35,699 bases of DNA from a virus (Duplodnaviria > Caudoviricetes): IMG/VR virus record IMGVR_UViG_3300044724_010283, positions 1 through 35,699 of that record; one strand, written 5' to 3'. This document shows positions 17,197 through 26,840 of this stretch, piece by piece; the first letter of the stretch is position 1, and each line of letters starts with the position of its first letter. Position numbers and translations under genes: made by a program. The notes beneath the pieces are model-generated. The model was given only the letters and a program-made list of their open reading frames with translations. It did no database searches and had not been told where the DNA came from.

Positions 17197-18492
17197 CTAA
17201 AGATCACTAAATATAATTTCTGCAGTGATTCTGATCTTAGCTTCTTCAAAGGAATATCTTGACTCAACCTCAGAAACAATAAAGTTCTTCAAATGGCATT
17301 TTTTCCATCTGTATTCGTCTTCGCAGTCAACTTGACCAGTAATTGCGTCAGGTTCTGTACAATCCATAATCAATTTATCATATGATTTTTTATTAATATT
17401 TAGCGAACCATTAAAATTATAGGGTGAAACGCCTTTTTCAATAATTATATTAGTATCATAAAGCCATATAACTTTATCGTCTTGCAGTCTAATGATGTCT
17501 AAAATTGAATTTCTATGCGCTGGACTATCAGCAACAACATGTAATATCAAATCTTGTTCGGTAATCAGTGATTTATCGCCTAGTTGATAGGGTTTAGAAA
17601 CACCTCTAGGTACAGTCTCAATAACAATACTAGGTAATTGAATACGATTTTGATTAAAAATAGCATATTCACCAGTATTATCATCAAATTGAATATTTTC
17701 ATTAGCTATATCAGATTGAAACTGCTGCCACCAAACTAAATTACTACTAGCCTTATGCACCTGAACCCAACGATATGAATAATCCATATAGATACTTTTA
17801 GTGAGATATGAATCAACAAATTCATCATAAATCACTCTACTATTAACGAAATCTAATATATAATTTACCACATTGATTTTTTCACCAGCAAGGGCATTGT
17901 TTTCGCAAAAATAATAAAAATCATCTGCAATATCATTAGATACAGTAATGTCTACAGTAGCTCCTGTTTGACCAGGTGTGCCGTTCACAGTAACTCCGGT
18001 GCTATAGATAGTACCAGCATTATGGATTCCATCTGGTGTTTCAGAAAACCTTAATTTGTAGCCAGTATTTGTAGAGTCAGAAACATCAAAACGATATTTA
18101 AAACCAGCATATAATTTAATAAGAGGGGAGGAGACTCCATTAAGAAAAAATTTACCTCCAGATACTGTTACTGTAAAAGTATGTTCAAAATCTTTAGTGT
18201 AAACACCAGTAGCAATAATTGGCATAGACCCATTAAAATCCACAGAATCATATACCCAATCACTATGCTGTGTTTGCCAAATCTGGCCATCTACAAAATT
18301 TGGATCTTTTACTATTGCTAACTTAGTGGGGTTATTTGTGAAAGTATTAGGCTGGTCAGTTACATTTATAAATCCACCAATATTTAAAAATCCCCAATCT
18401 AAAAATGACTTTAAATTATTTTCAATATTAGAAATAAGCAAATAGTCATTAATAGAAGATATCCCAGTAAATTTTTCATCACCTATAGCCAT
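17197..18492 (-). CDS. Tail terminator/completion protein with an inserted cupredoxin-like domain
   Basis: Precedes the tail tube gene. QLPSIVIE...PYQLG...DLILHVVADS..HRNSILDII is terminator-like; insert at about 17870-18183. Confidence 0.62.
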   Translation of the reverse strand: MAIGDEKFTGISSINDYLLISNIENNLKSFLDWGFLNIGGFINVTDQPNTFTNNPTKLAIVKDPNFVDGQIWQTQHSDWVYDSVDFNGSMPIIATGVYTKDFEHTFTVTVSGGKFFLNGVSSPLIKLYAGFKYRFDVSDSTNTGYKLRFSETPDGIHNAGTIYSTGVTVNGTPGQTGATVDITVSNDIADDFYYFCENNALAGEKINVVNYILDFVNSRVIYDEFVDSYLTKSIYMDYSYRWVQVHKASSNLVWWQQFQSDIANENIQFDDNTGEYAIFNQNRIQLPSIVIETVPRGVSKPYQLGDKSLITEQDLILHVVADSPAHRNSILDIIRLQDDKVIWLYDTNIIIEKGVSPYNFNGSLNINKKSYDKLIMDCTEPDAITGQVDCEDEYRWKKCHLKNFIVSEVESRYSFEEAKIRITAEIIFSDL

Positions 18493-18493
18493 A

Positions 18494-19129
18494 TCAAACC
18501 CCTAAAGACCTTTTAAGTAAAGACATAATATCATCTTCTGCATTATCTATAGCTTCAGTAATCCAATTTCTTTGTTCTGTGCCAGCAAAAGCTGGTGGTA
18601 CACTCCACCGGCTACCATTTTTGCCTACCATGACAGCATTACCTGTTCTAGATTTTGCATTTGGACCTAATTTTATTTCATAGTTATTAATAATTGTTTT
18701 ATCTCCAAAAAGCAATAACCACCTTAGCCATTCCAATGAAGAACCCTTGCTGGTATTAACAACAGCACCAGCTGTAGATAAAACATCAGAAAAATCAGAT
18801 TTGATCATAGATAATGAAAAAGATCCTACTATTTGATTTGATTTGATTTTAGGTTTTTGATAAACTAAATCTAAATATTTCCAAAATTGCAAAATCTCAT
18901 TTAGTCTGGATGTAGCATTATCTAGTCCGAATTCTACCCTTAGCTGCCCAGATACTAAACTATGATATGTAGGATGAGAAGTTATTGATTCTGTAACGAT
19001 ATCGACTATTTGGCCTTTGCACTCGGTATAAGCTCGACGAAAATGAAGGTCCACTTGGGTGGAAAGGGACTGTAAAATTTTTTTACTAATTTCTGCTTCT
19101 GACTCTTTGATGTCGATTGAAAATCTCAT
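18494..19129 (-). CDS. Neck/tail completion protein (HK97 gp10-like position), starts MRFSIDIK
   Basis: Lies between head closure and terminator genes; ATG 19129 sits directly after the upstream stop; WLRWLLLFG and WITEAID motifs. Confidence 0.55.
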   Translation of the reverse strand: MRFSIDIKESEAEISKKILQSLSTQVDLHFRRAYTECKGQIVDIVTESITSHPTYHSLVSGQLRVEFGLDNATSRLNEILQFWKYLDLVYQKPKIKSNQIVGSFSLSMIKSDFSDVLSTAGAVVNTSKGSSLEWLRWLLLFGDKTIINNYEIKLGPNAKSRTGNAVMVGKNGSRWSVPPAFAGTEQRNWITEAIDNAEDDIMSLLKRSLGV

Positions 19130-19130
19130 A

Positions 19131-19625
19131 CTATCTTTTCCAACTTGTGAAAATATATTTACTATCACCCAACCCAACAGGCTTAGGTTCGTCCACTCTT
19201 ACGAAAATATTATTAGTTAAATTAGAAATATCTGTATTAAAAATTATTCTAGAGCATTTTTTTATTTTATCTATATAAGATATAGAACATATAGTTTGGG
19301 CTTCTATTTCTGGTAAGTTAATAACCCCTAAGAAATGATTGCTATCCGTTAATACAGCAAAATGCACTTGCTCCTGAGCGGCCTCAAGCTGAGAAGTGCC
19401 AGCACCTAAGCAAAATGGACATGTTTGACCGGTAGAAAAAGGTATAGGTCCACCTACTTTGTATCTATTTGAAGATTTTTGACTTAATGTATCATATATA
19501 CAATTGGGACACACGGCTAACTTTGTATTCTCAAACACTAGTGTAGAAGGTATAGTTAGCCCAGTATTAGACAGAATAACGTCTATTTGGCTGTTATATA
19601 GTGTCTTAAAAGGAGTTAAGTCCAT
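19131..19625 (-). CDS. Head closure/stopper-like protein with zinc ribbon
   Basis: CPNC...CPFCLGAG pairs; follows the adaptor gene with an ATGA overlap. Confidence 0.55.
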   Translation of the reverse strand: MDLTPFKTLYNSQIDVILSNTGLTIPSTLVFENTKLAVCPNCIYDTLSQKSSNRYKVGGPIPFSTGQTCPFCLGAGTSQLEAAQEQVHFAVLTDSNHFLGVINLPEIEAQTICSISYIDKIKKCSRIIFNTDISNLTNNIFVRVDEPKPVGLGDSKYIFTSWKR

Positions 19626-20152
19626 TATGAATAAAATCCATCGCGAGTACTGCGGGCAGGTAAATCAGAAACGAATAGAAATCTAGGATCAAAATTATTT
19701 CCAACAAAAGGACCAAGAACAGCGCTAATAGCTGTAGCATTACCTATATTATGTTGTTGTTTCAGATGCTCATAGATAGCACAGGGGCCTACATCCAATA
19801 TAGTCTTATAGCCTGCTAGATTACCAGAAACTGATAGTTGAGCTGGCCCTAATCCAGTTTTAATTCCTTCCATAGCTGCTTTTGTTCTAAATGTACTCTG
19901 GTCCAAAAAACAGGCAGCTCTTAGAGAAACGAAGCTAACAAAATTGTCGTCTCTTGTGTCTTGATCACAAGGATCCGGGGTAATAATGTTATTGACTACA
20001 TCAACACTATAATCCCTGTCCAAATTTAAGTCTAAAACAACATATTTTGCCGCAACGGTCGATAGCTGTATTATTCTTTGGTTGGAATAATTTTCTTCAA
20101 AATCATTGATTAGGGATCTAATAATTATGGGTATTTCTGTCTGCCAATACAT
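19625..20152 (-). CDS. Head-tail adaptor protein (starts MYWQTEIP)
   Basis: AGGA SD before ATG 20152; IRSLINDF...YSNQRI is an adaptor-like N-terminus; first gene of the neck cluster. Confidence 0.6.
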   Translation of the reverse strand: MYWQTEIPIIIRSLINDFEENYSNQRIIQLSTVAAKYVVLDLNLDRDYSVDVVNNIITPDPCDQDTRDDNFVSFVSLRAACFLDQSTFRTKAAMEGIKTGLGPAQLSVSGNLAGYKTILDVGPCAIYEHLKQQHNIGNATAISAVLGPFVGNNFDPRFLFVSDLPARSTRDGFYS

Positions 20153-20209
20153 TTTATTAATCCTATCGGGGTAGTGGATTGGTTTTATGATTATAAATAG
20201 ATATTCACT

Positions 20210-20226
20210 ATAATAATACACCCAAT
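20210..20226 (-). promoter_or_regulatory. Putative late promoter ATTGGGTGTATTATTAT
   Basis: Intergenic motif copy upstream of the neck cluster. Confidence 0.6.
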
Positions 20227-20232
20227 GCTTGA

Positions 20233-20790
20233 TTAAGGTACTAGTTTGTTGTAATCGCCACCACCATCATAAGTATTAAAAGTATTATTTATGGTCTGAA
20301 CATTAGAAGCAAATGTTTGTCTCAGGTCATTCGCATGCGTATTAAAAGCCGTCATTAATGTCTGCATATTACTCAAGGAAATGCTATGCGATGTGCCTGC
20401 TGTGTCGATCACGCTTACAGAACTTTGATTATTATGATTAGCTAACAATAATTGCATACTTAAAAGCGCAATAGTATTAGTGTCAGATTTCATTGTCCAT
20501 CCACCGCTGTCACCAGACAATAAATCAGAAGGTACAGTGTATCCGCTTTGAATATTGTTCTCTAGAGCAGCTTCCTCACTATTTAGTTTGACAAATCGTT
20601 CTTTATTACTAGACCAATTATCTAATACTGCATTGACATTAGAAATTTCGTCATCTGATGGTGAATTATTACCATAATCAGCATAATATCCATTTTCATC
20701 CATATATACATTTTCTACGTCAGTAGTAATGCTTTGTAATATTTCTAATAACTTATCTAAATAATGGTCATCATTTAAATCTATACTCAT
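20233..20790 (-). CDS. Fibre-associated/assembly protein (DUF4376-like)
   Basis: Last gene of the fibre cluster; C-terminal IDTAGTSHSISLSNMQTLM followed by a helix resembles this family. Confidence 0.45.
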   Translation of the reverse strand: MSIDLNDDHYLDKLLEILQSITTDVENVYMDENGYYADYGNNSPSDDEISNVNAVLDNWSSNKERFVKLNSEEAALENNIQSGYTVPSDLLSGDSGGWTMKSDTNTIALLSMQLLLANHNNQSSVSVIDTAGTSHSISLSNMQTLMTAFNTHANDLRQTFASNVQTINNTFNTYDGGGDYNKLVP

Positions 20791-20794
20791 GACC

Positions 20795-21661
20795 TCACCC
20801 TTCTAAAAAAGGAGCCTGCAGACCTATCCAAAAACCACTATATGAATTAAGACCATATTGACATAATTGTGAATAATGATATCCACCGCCAATATTGGCA
20901 ACATAAGAACTGGTAGTACGAATACCACCCCCTCTACCAGAGCTACCGTAGCCAGCGTTGTCATGAATCAACGATGACCCGTTGATTGGTGATGAGGCAT
21001 CAATACCAACCCCTGCATACCCATACCGAGTTTGAAAATGACATTGTGTATGAATTTGAGTTAGAACACCACACACAAAGTCTACTCGACCGCCAGTATT
21101 GGATATAGTATTATTGTTATTATAAGATCTCCAAGATCTTGTGCTATAATTATTAAATCCAGTAACTACGCTATACAAATTTAAAATTTCTCTGTGATAA
21201 TAATTCCAAACATATCTACTATATGTAGTATTCCTAAAAACAGGATTACCAGAATTTGATGCGACTCGTATTGTACCTAAATATCTATAATTTGCATTAC
21301 CGCTCTTAACCAGAACGCCATCTTGCCTCACAATAGATGAAGCTCTCAAAGTATTACTTGACCAGGCAGATAGACTAAGGGATAAAACCCCTCCGTTATT
21401 ATACATAAACACATCATAATTAGTATTTATAGAAAGCCCAGAAGAAGATGTGCTCAACTCAGAAAACTGATGTAGATCCCATGAGCTACTATCGGTGTCA
21501 TACAAACCTACTGTATTGCCATCATATGGACTAAAATACAAATTAGTACCATTAACAGTTTGTGTGAGAGAATAAGGTTCTCCGGACGCAAGAGTTAGTC
21601 TGCCATCACAGGTTTTATTAATAATACTGCTAATAATAGAATTATTGTAACTTTTACTCAT
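20795..21661 (-). CDS. Fibre/adhesin-like virion protein (288 aa)
   Basis: GRLTLASGEP, YDVFMY, RQDGVLVKSG, RYLGTIR and YVWNYY motifs are typical of phage fibre proteins; rich in Tyr/Ser/Asn/Gly. Confidence 0.55.
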   Translation of the reverse strand: MSKSYNNSIISSIINKTCDGRLTLASGEPYSLTQTVNGTNLYFSPYDGNTVGLYDTDSSSWDLHQFSELSTSSSGLSINTNYDVFMYNNGGVLSLSLSAWSSNTLRASSIVRQDGVLVKSGNANYRYLGTIRVASNSGNPVFRNTTYSRYVWNYYHREILNLYSVVTGFNNYSTRSWRSYNNNNTISNTGGRVDFVCGVLTQIHTQCHFQTRYGYAGVGIDASSPINGSSLIHDNAGYGSSGRGGGIRTTSSYVANIGGGYHYSQLCQYGLNSYSGFWIGLQAPFLEG

Positions 21662-22521
21662 GCGATATACCTTATAATAACTATACCACTACCACCAGAA
21701 TAACCATTGCCACCGCCGCCACCACCCCCGCCTAAACCATTTGTACCATTTGATGCTGTAGCCCCTTCAGAAGCGTAGCCATTGCCACCACCGCCCAGTC
21801 CTCCATTAGAAGCTATGCCTGGACCAGTGCAGCCACCAGAACCACCCCCGCCATAATACACGTCGGAGCAGGTAATATTAACTATTACACCAATACCCCC
21901 GGCACCAGATATGGTTCCGTTGCTAACTGCAACAGCATTTCCACCAAGACCTCCAGCGCCACCACCGCCGCCACCACCTCTTCGATAAAAATTAGTACCA
22001 CCGGTTCTTATCAATTTTTGTTGTGCGTACCCACCGCTATATCCTTGACCAGCAACTCCAGCCCCAGGAGAGTGAACGAAGTTATATGCTGCACCGCCTC
22101 CGCAGCCACCATTATTACCACTATAATTACCCATACCATAAGTGCCAGAACCACCATAACCACCACCTTTAGCCGTGTACGATATAGCTCCACCATTGGA
22201 TACGATAGTATCTCCGCCATTTGTCCCTGCCGCTCCTCCGGACCCTATTGCGACAGAATAGCTACCTGAACTCCACTCTTGATTAACTTCGTACATTACT
22301 CCACCTCCGCCACCTCCGCCACCACCAGACACATTATATCCACCGCCCCCTCCTCCGCCAACTAGTAATATATCAACAATTCCGTTAGATGTTAAAGTAA
22401 AAGTACCATTACTAGTAAAGGTATGAATTACATATTGATCGCAAGTGGTTTCCGTTCCTCCAGTTGCTGTGTTTTTAACTGGTTCATTAGGCAAAAAACT
22501 CTTATGCGGAGCGAAAGTCAT
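21658..22521 (-). CDS. Glycine-rich (polyglycine-II sandwich) adhesin-like protein
   Basis: YVIHTFTSNGTF, DILLVGGGGGGG, multiple poly-Gly runs, terminal GGSGIVIIRY. Confidence 0.75.
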   Translation of the reverse strand: MTFAPHKSFLPNEPVKNTATGGTETTCDQYVIHTFTSNGTFTLTSNGIVDILLVGGGGGGGYNVSGGGGGGGGGVMYEVNQEWSSGSYSVAIGSGGAAGTNGGDTIVSNGGAISYTAKGGGYGGSGTYGMGNYSGNNGGCGGGAAYNFVHSPGAGVAGQGYSGGYAQQKLIRTGGTNFYRRGGGGGGGAGGLGGNAVAVSNGTISGAGGIGVIVNITCSDVYYGGGGSGGCTGPGIASNGGLGGGGNGYASEGATASNGTNGLGGGGGGGGNGYSGGSGIVIIRYIA

Positions 22522-24902
22522 ATATGGTACTCCTGATTTATATTAGCATACCAGTAAGTTCCATCGGAATAAAAAGATAATAAATCCATTCTATTAGCGG
22601 TTGTGGTGATCGTAGGAGAGCTATTTTTGGGAAATTTTACATCAGTAAAAGAAGCTGTATAGGAACCTGTTCCAGTTTTCAGAAACATTACAAAGCTTCT
22701 ACCGGCATCAGGACTAGGCATAGTGAAAATGCAATTCCCAGTGAGGGTATAAGCCTGTAAAGTACTAGAAGAAATACTAATGGTTTGAGTTGTACCAGTA
22801 TTTCCATTATCTAGAAAAGTTTCCTTATATCCTTTAACAATCAAGTCAGCATCGACTGTCAAGTTTCCTGTCATAGTGTCGCCAGTTTTCTGTAAATTAG
22901 TACTAGCAATAGTGGTACTATAGGCGATATATTCTACGATATCTCCAGATGAAGCCGCAGATGTCAAAGTAAAAGAAGTTCCATTAGTAGCAGTAAATTC
23001 AGAACTATTTTGTTTCACGCCATTAACAAAAACCACCAACCCGCCAACAGTATAACCAGATGTGGAAAATAGTGTTTGACTACCAGTGGCTGTAATACTA
23101 CCAAAAGAAGTATTTGCTGGAGTTAAAGATGCATAATTTATACCCCAATACTCAACAACATCTCCACTAACAGCAGCATTTGTAAGAGTAAAAGATGTTC
23201 CATTGGTAGCGGTAAAATCCTCGCCACTATAAAGTTTAATGCCGTTTTGATAAACATTAAGGGTTCCAACCGTATAACCATCTGTGACCGTAAAAGACGA
23301 TGTAGTAGTAGTAAGATCAAAAGAACCATTAATGTAATTATTTTTGAGAGATATATTAATTTCTTTATCTGGAGTTTCTGTAATTTCAAAATCATTACTA
23401 AAATCCAGTACCTCTATGTCTGAATCGCCTATTTGTGTTCCTGTAGATTTAATAGACAAGGCTGCTCCAGAGCCCGAACTACTACTATCAATCCAAGAAA
23501 GATTACCATTGCCATCAGTCTTTAAAATTTGATTAGCGGTTCCGTCTACTGTTGGGAAAGTATACTCATCATTAACATTAATACTATTAGCACTAAATGT
23601 ACCATTAACATCTAGTTTATAGTTAGGGTTAGCAGTCGCTATACCAACATTGCCACCGCTAGTAATCCTCATTCTTTCTTCCATGAAAGCACCTACAGCA
23701 TCATTGGTATAGAACACCATAGCAGATTTACTATCTGAGCTTGTGCTATTTTCTTTAATTGCTGATATTATTCCATATCTAGCTGTGGCTCCGGCTGTTG
23801 TATATGCCCCACCGAACACAATAGATCCACCAACCCCTGCGGCCATGCTTGTGGTATCTTCAATAAATAGATTTCCGTAGGAGGAATTTGTATCGCTTTT
23901 AATATGCAACTTAGTGGCTGGCGAAGGCGTCCCTATACCAACATTAGTTCCATCGTCATAAATAATACCACTAGTTAAAGTATCGCTATCGCTCCATTTA
24001 GATAAATAATTAGATGTACCATTACCATCAACAAGACTAGTTCCCCAAACCCTACTGTCAATCTCATCTGTGCGCAGTTTGCCATCACTATCTAAAACTA
24101 CAACACTATCATCTTCTCCGGGACCAATGTTAGAGGCTGTAATAGTTCCTGTCACATCTAAAGAATTAGGGGTGTCGTTGGTTCTGCCAGGACCTAAAAC
24201 CAATATTCTTCCTTGACTAGTATCACTCCTTAAAACTCTCCCAATGTTTTGAACAAGATCTGTAGCACCAGTGGGTCTACTATTGGTTAATCCTCCTCCA
24301 TTGGCCACATAAACAGTATCGCCCACACTGAAAGATGATGTATTAATTTGAGTAACTAAACCAAAACAATGAACATGTCCTTCCGATCCATCTGTTAATT
24401 CATTTGCCAATATTCCTATGGCTGGCATAGTAGAAGCAGAAGCAGCATCAGACGGAGCAATCTGAGGTTTTCCATTATTCGAATAATAGCCACTGATATA
24501 TACCGGAGAACCTTTCGATATTGTAGAACCTGTATCGTTTCTGCACTCAACTACAATAGGGCCATCTATATCTCCATAGTATTTATCAGCATATATAGAT
24601 CTAAAATAAAAATTATCGCTACCTAAATCATAAGAAGCATCAGCAACTGGCAAAAGGTGTCCGCCGCTAGTAATTTTTAGCTTTTCAGAAGCGTTCGAGT
24701 CATTAGCTGTAGAAAATATTAAAGAGGTAGCATTATTAGAATCATTAAATGTTTCTTCAGCAACGGCAAAGATGCTAGCTGCAATAGAAGTGGCAACTGG
24801 GCCATCGCCATCGCTGGCGGCAGCCCAGTTTATTCTGCCAACTATATCCCCTGAAATAACATCACTATCATTGCTCTGTAATGTTATTGAATTTAATCCC
24901 AT
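22518..24902 (-). CDS. Mosaic fibre protein (794 aa)
   Basis: NVGIGT.SP..KLHI and ERMRITSGGNVGI fibre repeats, two V..NG.K...FTATNGTSFTLT.AA.SGD.VEY domains, a cement-like domain (NDTGSTISKGSPVY...PAIGI...GDTVYV), and C-terminal ...FYSDGTYWY. Confidence 0.8.
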   Translation of the reverse strand: MGLNSITLQSNDSDVISGDIVGRINWAAASDGDGPVATSIAASIFAVAEETFNDSNNATSLIFSTANDSNASEKLKITSGGHLLPVADASYDLGSDNFYFRSIYADKYYGDIDGPIVVECRNDTGSTISKGSPVYISGYYSNNGKPQIAPSDAASASTMPAIGILANELTDGSEGHVHCFGLVTQINTSSFSVGDTVYVANGGGLTNSRPTGATDLVQNIGRVLRSDTSQGRILVLGPGRTNDTPNSLDVTGTITASNIGPGEDDSVVVLDSDGKLRTDEIDSRVWGTSLVDGNGTSNYLSKWSDSDTLTSGIIYDDGTNVGIGTPSPATKLHIKSDTNSSYGNLFIEDTTSMAAGVGGSIVFGGAYTTAGATARYGIISAIKENSTSSDSKSAMVFYTNDAVGAFMEERMRITSGGNVGIATANPNYKLDVNGTFSANSINVNDEYTFPTVDGTANQILKTDGNGNLSWIDSSSSGSGAALSIKSTGTQIGDSDIEVLDFSNDFEITETPDKEINISLKNNYINGSFDLTTTTSSFTVTDGYTVGTLNVYQNGIKLYSGEDFTATNGTSFTLTNAAVSGDVVEYWGINYASLTPANTSFGSITATGSQTLFSTSGYTVGGLVVFVNGVKQNSSEFTATNGTSFTLTSAASSGDIVEYIAYSTTIASTNLQKTGDTMTGNLTVDADLIVKGYKETFLDNGNTGTTQTISISSSTLQAYTLTGNCIFTMPSPDAGRSFVMFLKTGTGSYTASFTDVKFPKNSSPTITTTANRMDLLSFYSDGTYWYANINQEYHI

Positions 24903-24915
24903 ATTAAACCTACTA

Positions 24916-26352
24916 CTAGATTACGTACCACACATTGCTATAAAACACCATGCTAACGCTTTCGTTTTCATAGTAAAGACTGGCGCTTCCACCATCAATA
25001 CTATGTCCAGTGTTGCCACTAATAGTAACTGTACCAGAGCCATCGTCGACCTTCTTGACGGTCGCCACTTGACCATTCGAAGGACTAGCTGGCATGGTTG
25101 CAGTAAAGCTACTTGCGCTAGTAGTAACTAAAGTAACATCATTACTCACAGTACCAGCAGCACTCAGAGTACCAACCGATTTAAAGCTAGCAGCAGCGCC
25201 AGCGACAAGCTGACCACTACCGTTTCTAGTAATAGTGCTACCATCAACCTGGACAGTAAGAACTCCAGAGCTAGCAGCAAGTGAGGTATTTGCTGTAGTT
25301 CCAGCAACGCCAGAAACTAAATCAGCAATCGTATCTCTTTTGCTAGTTCCATCACTATCTCTAAAGAACATGCTATCTGCAGCAACATCTACAGCAGCAT
25401 CGCTAACGATAAGACTACCAGTAACATCGCCTGTCACGTTACCGGTTAGATCGCCAGTAACATTACCAGTTACATTACCAGTAACATTACCGGTTAAATC
25501 ACCAGTAACATCGCCAGTGACATCGCCAGTGACATCGCCAGTGACATTACCAGTCAAATTGCCGGTAACATTTCCAGTAAGATTACCGGTTACGTCACCA
25601 GTCACATCACCAGTTAAATTACCAGTTACATTACCAGTAACATTACCGGTTAAATCACCAGTCACATCGCCAGTGACATTGCCAGTCACATTTCCAGTAA
25701 GATTACCGGTTACGTCACCAGTCACATCGCCAGTCACATCGCCAGTCACATCGCCAGTCACATTACCAGTCAAATTGCCAGTAACATTTCCGGTCACATT
25801 TCCAGTAAGATTACCGGTTACGTCACCAGTAACATCACCGTTTAAATTACCAGTAACGTTACCAACAATATTAGCAGCCAAAGTGCCTGTAGAAATAGTA
25901 AGGTTACCTGAACTAGCACCAGTATCTGAAGTTGTACCGAGAGTAAAGCGATCTTCGCTTTCATCCCATACAAAAATTGCATTATCACCAGTGCTGCCTC
26001 TTTCAATCACAAAGCCAGAATCGCCAGTGCTACTTTCAGCACCATTATTAAGCTCAATTAAGGAGTCTTTGATAATGGTATTAGTACTTTCAACAGTAGT
26101 AGTTGTACCATTAACAGTAAGACCACCACTAATTACAACATTGCCACTAGCGTCGATTTGAATAGCACTTTGAGCGCTATCAGAACCAATATAACCATCA
26201 TCTGGTAATACTACGCCAGGAGCAAATAATTTGCTGTTATCATAGTAAAGATTAGAAATATCGGCATCATATTTTTTAGCATCGCTAGTGGCGCCAAAAA
26301 ATACAATACCTTTAGCATTGCTGGAGCCGCCAGCATTAGGATCATAACTCAT
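24916..26352 (-). CDS. Fibre protein with G[N/D][V/L]T tetrapeptide shaft (478 aa)
   Basis: GGAG SD; LTVNGTTTTVES...IKDSLIELN...GFVIERG...WDESEDRF fibre domain; repeat shaft; C-terminal beta-sandwich. Confidence 0.8.
   Translation of the reverse strand: MSYDPNAGGSSNAKGIVFFGATSDAKKYDADISNLYYDNSKLFAPGVVLPDDGYIGSDSAQSAIQIDASGNVVISGGLTVNGTTTTVESTNTIIKDSLIELNNGAESSTGDSGFVIERGSTGDNAIFVWDESEDRFTLGTTSDTGASSGNLTISTGTLAANIVGNVTGNLNGDVTGDVTGNLTGNVTGNVTGNLTGNVTGDVTGDVTGDVTGDVTGNLTGNVTGNVTGDVTGDLTGNVTGNVTGNLTGDVTGDVTGNLTGNVTGNLTGNVTGDVTGDVTGDVTGDLTGNVTGNVTGNVTGDLTGNVTGDVTGSLIVSDAAVDVAADSMFFRDSDGTSKRDTIADLVSGVAGTTANTSLAASSGVLTVQVDGSTITRNGSGQLVAGAAASFKSVGTLSAAGTVSNDVTLVTTSASSFTATMPASPSNGQVATVKKVDDGSGTVTISGNTGHSIDGGSASLYYENESVSMVFYSNVWYVI
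25420..25863. repeat. 37 tandem 12-bp degenerate coding repeats
   Basis: Encodes 37 units of G[N/D][V/L]T (one is GNLN); 444 bp. Confidence 0.95.
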
Positions 26353-26402
26353 ATTAATTTCTCCATTGTGTGTTTTTCAATAACCAAAACCCAGAGGGTC
26401 AA

Positions 26403-26420
26403 CTATGTTATACACCAATT
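26403..26420 (-). promoter_or_regulatory. Putative late promoter AATTGGTGTATAACATAG overlapping the last codons of the upstream gene
   Basis: Motif copy about 50 bp upstream of the 478-aa fibre start. Confidence 0.5.
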
Positions 26421-26801
26421 ATATCCATCTGATAATAAAGATATAGATTCATTTTTATAATATAATTCATGATGCTGTTCGTCATCTATTAGTTCATTAT
26501 CTTGTGTATTTATCATAATAGTCTGAGATGATCTATTTTTAATGATTAATGTTTTGCCTAAAACCCCGGTGGCCTTACTCAAAGTGACAGTGATATTGGA
26601 ATTAACTTCGGCAGAAACAATTATCGCATCGTTTTGGTCCTGCACTGTATAATCTGAACTAATATTAACAGTATCGCGATGAGGTAAACTGCCTAGAGGG
26701 GCTCTAGAAGTTTTGATATTAACTCTGTCATCTATGACATCTACCTTAATAACTACAACGTCTTCAATTACATCGATGTTGTATGTGTTATTTTCAGTCA
26801 T
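26403..26801 (-). CDS. Small fibre-associated beta-sandwich protein (132 aa)
   Basis: DYTV..ITVTL..GKTLIIK..ID..LYYKNESISLLSDGYNW resembles the C-terminal domain of 24916-26352. Confidence 0.65.
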   Translation of the reverse strand: MTENNTYNIDVIEDVVVIKVDVIDDRVNIKTSRAPLGSLPHRDTVNISSDYTVQDQNDAIIVSAEVNSNITVTLSKATGVLGKTLIIKNRSSQTIMINTQDNELIDDEQHHELYYKNESISLLSDGYNWCIT

Positions 26802-26840
26802 AATATTTAATCTTGATAATATCGTTGTGTTGTATAATAA

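Noticed and set aside
15316-18492. Contractile tail sheath, or an eCIS/tailocin interpretation of the twin tube genes
   Set aside because: No sheath-like gene is present, and complete head and packaging genes indicate a true phage.
25420-25863. Repeat array as CRISPR or as a DGR template
   Set aside because: These are contiguous 12-bp coding repeats without spacers; no cas or reverse transcriptase gene is in the window.
25235-26161. 308-aa plus-strand ORF (PVT repeats)
   Set aside because: It is the antisense shadow of the G[N/D][V/L]T repeat gene and opposes the operon direction.
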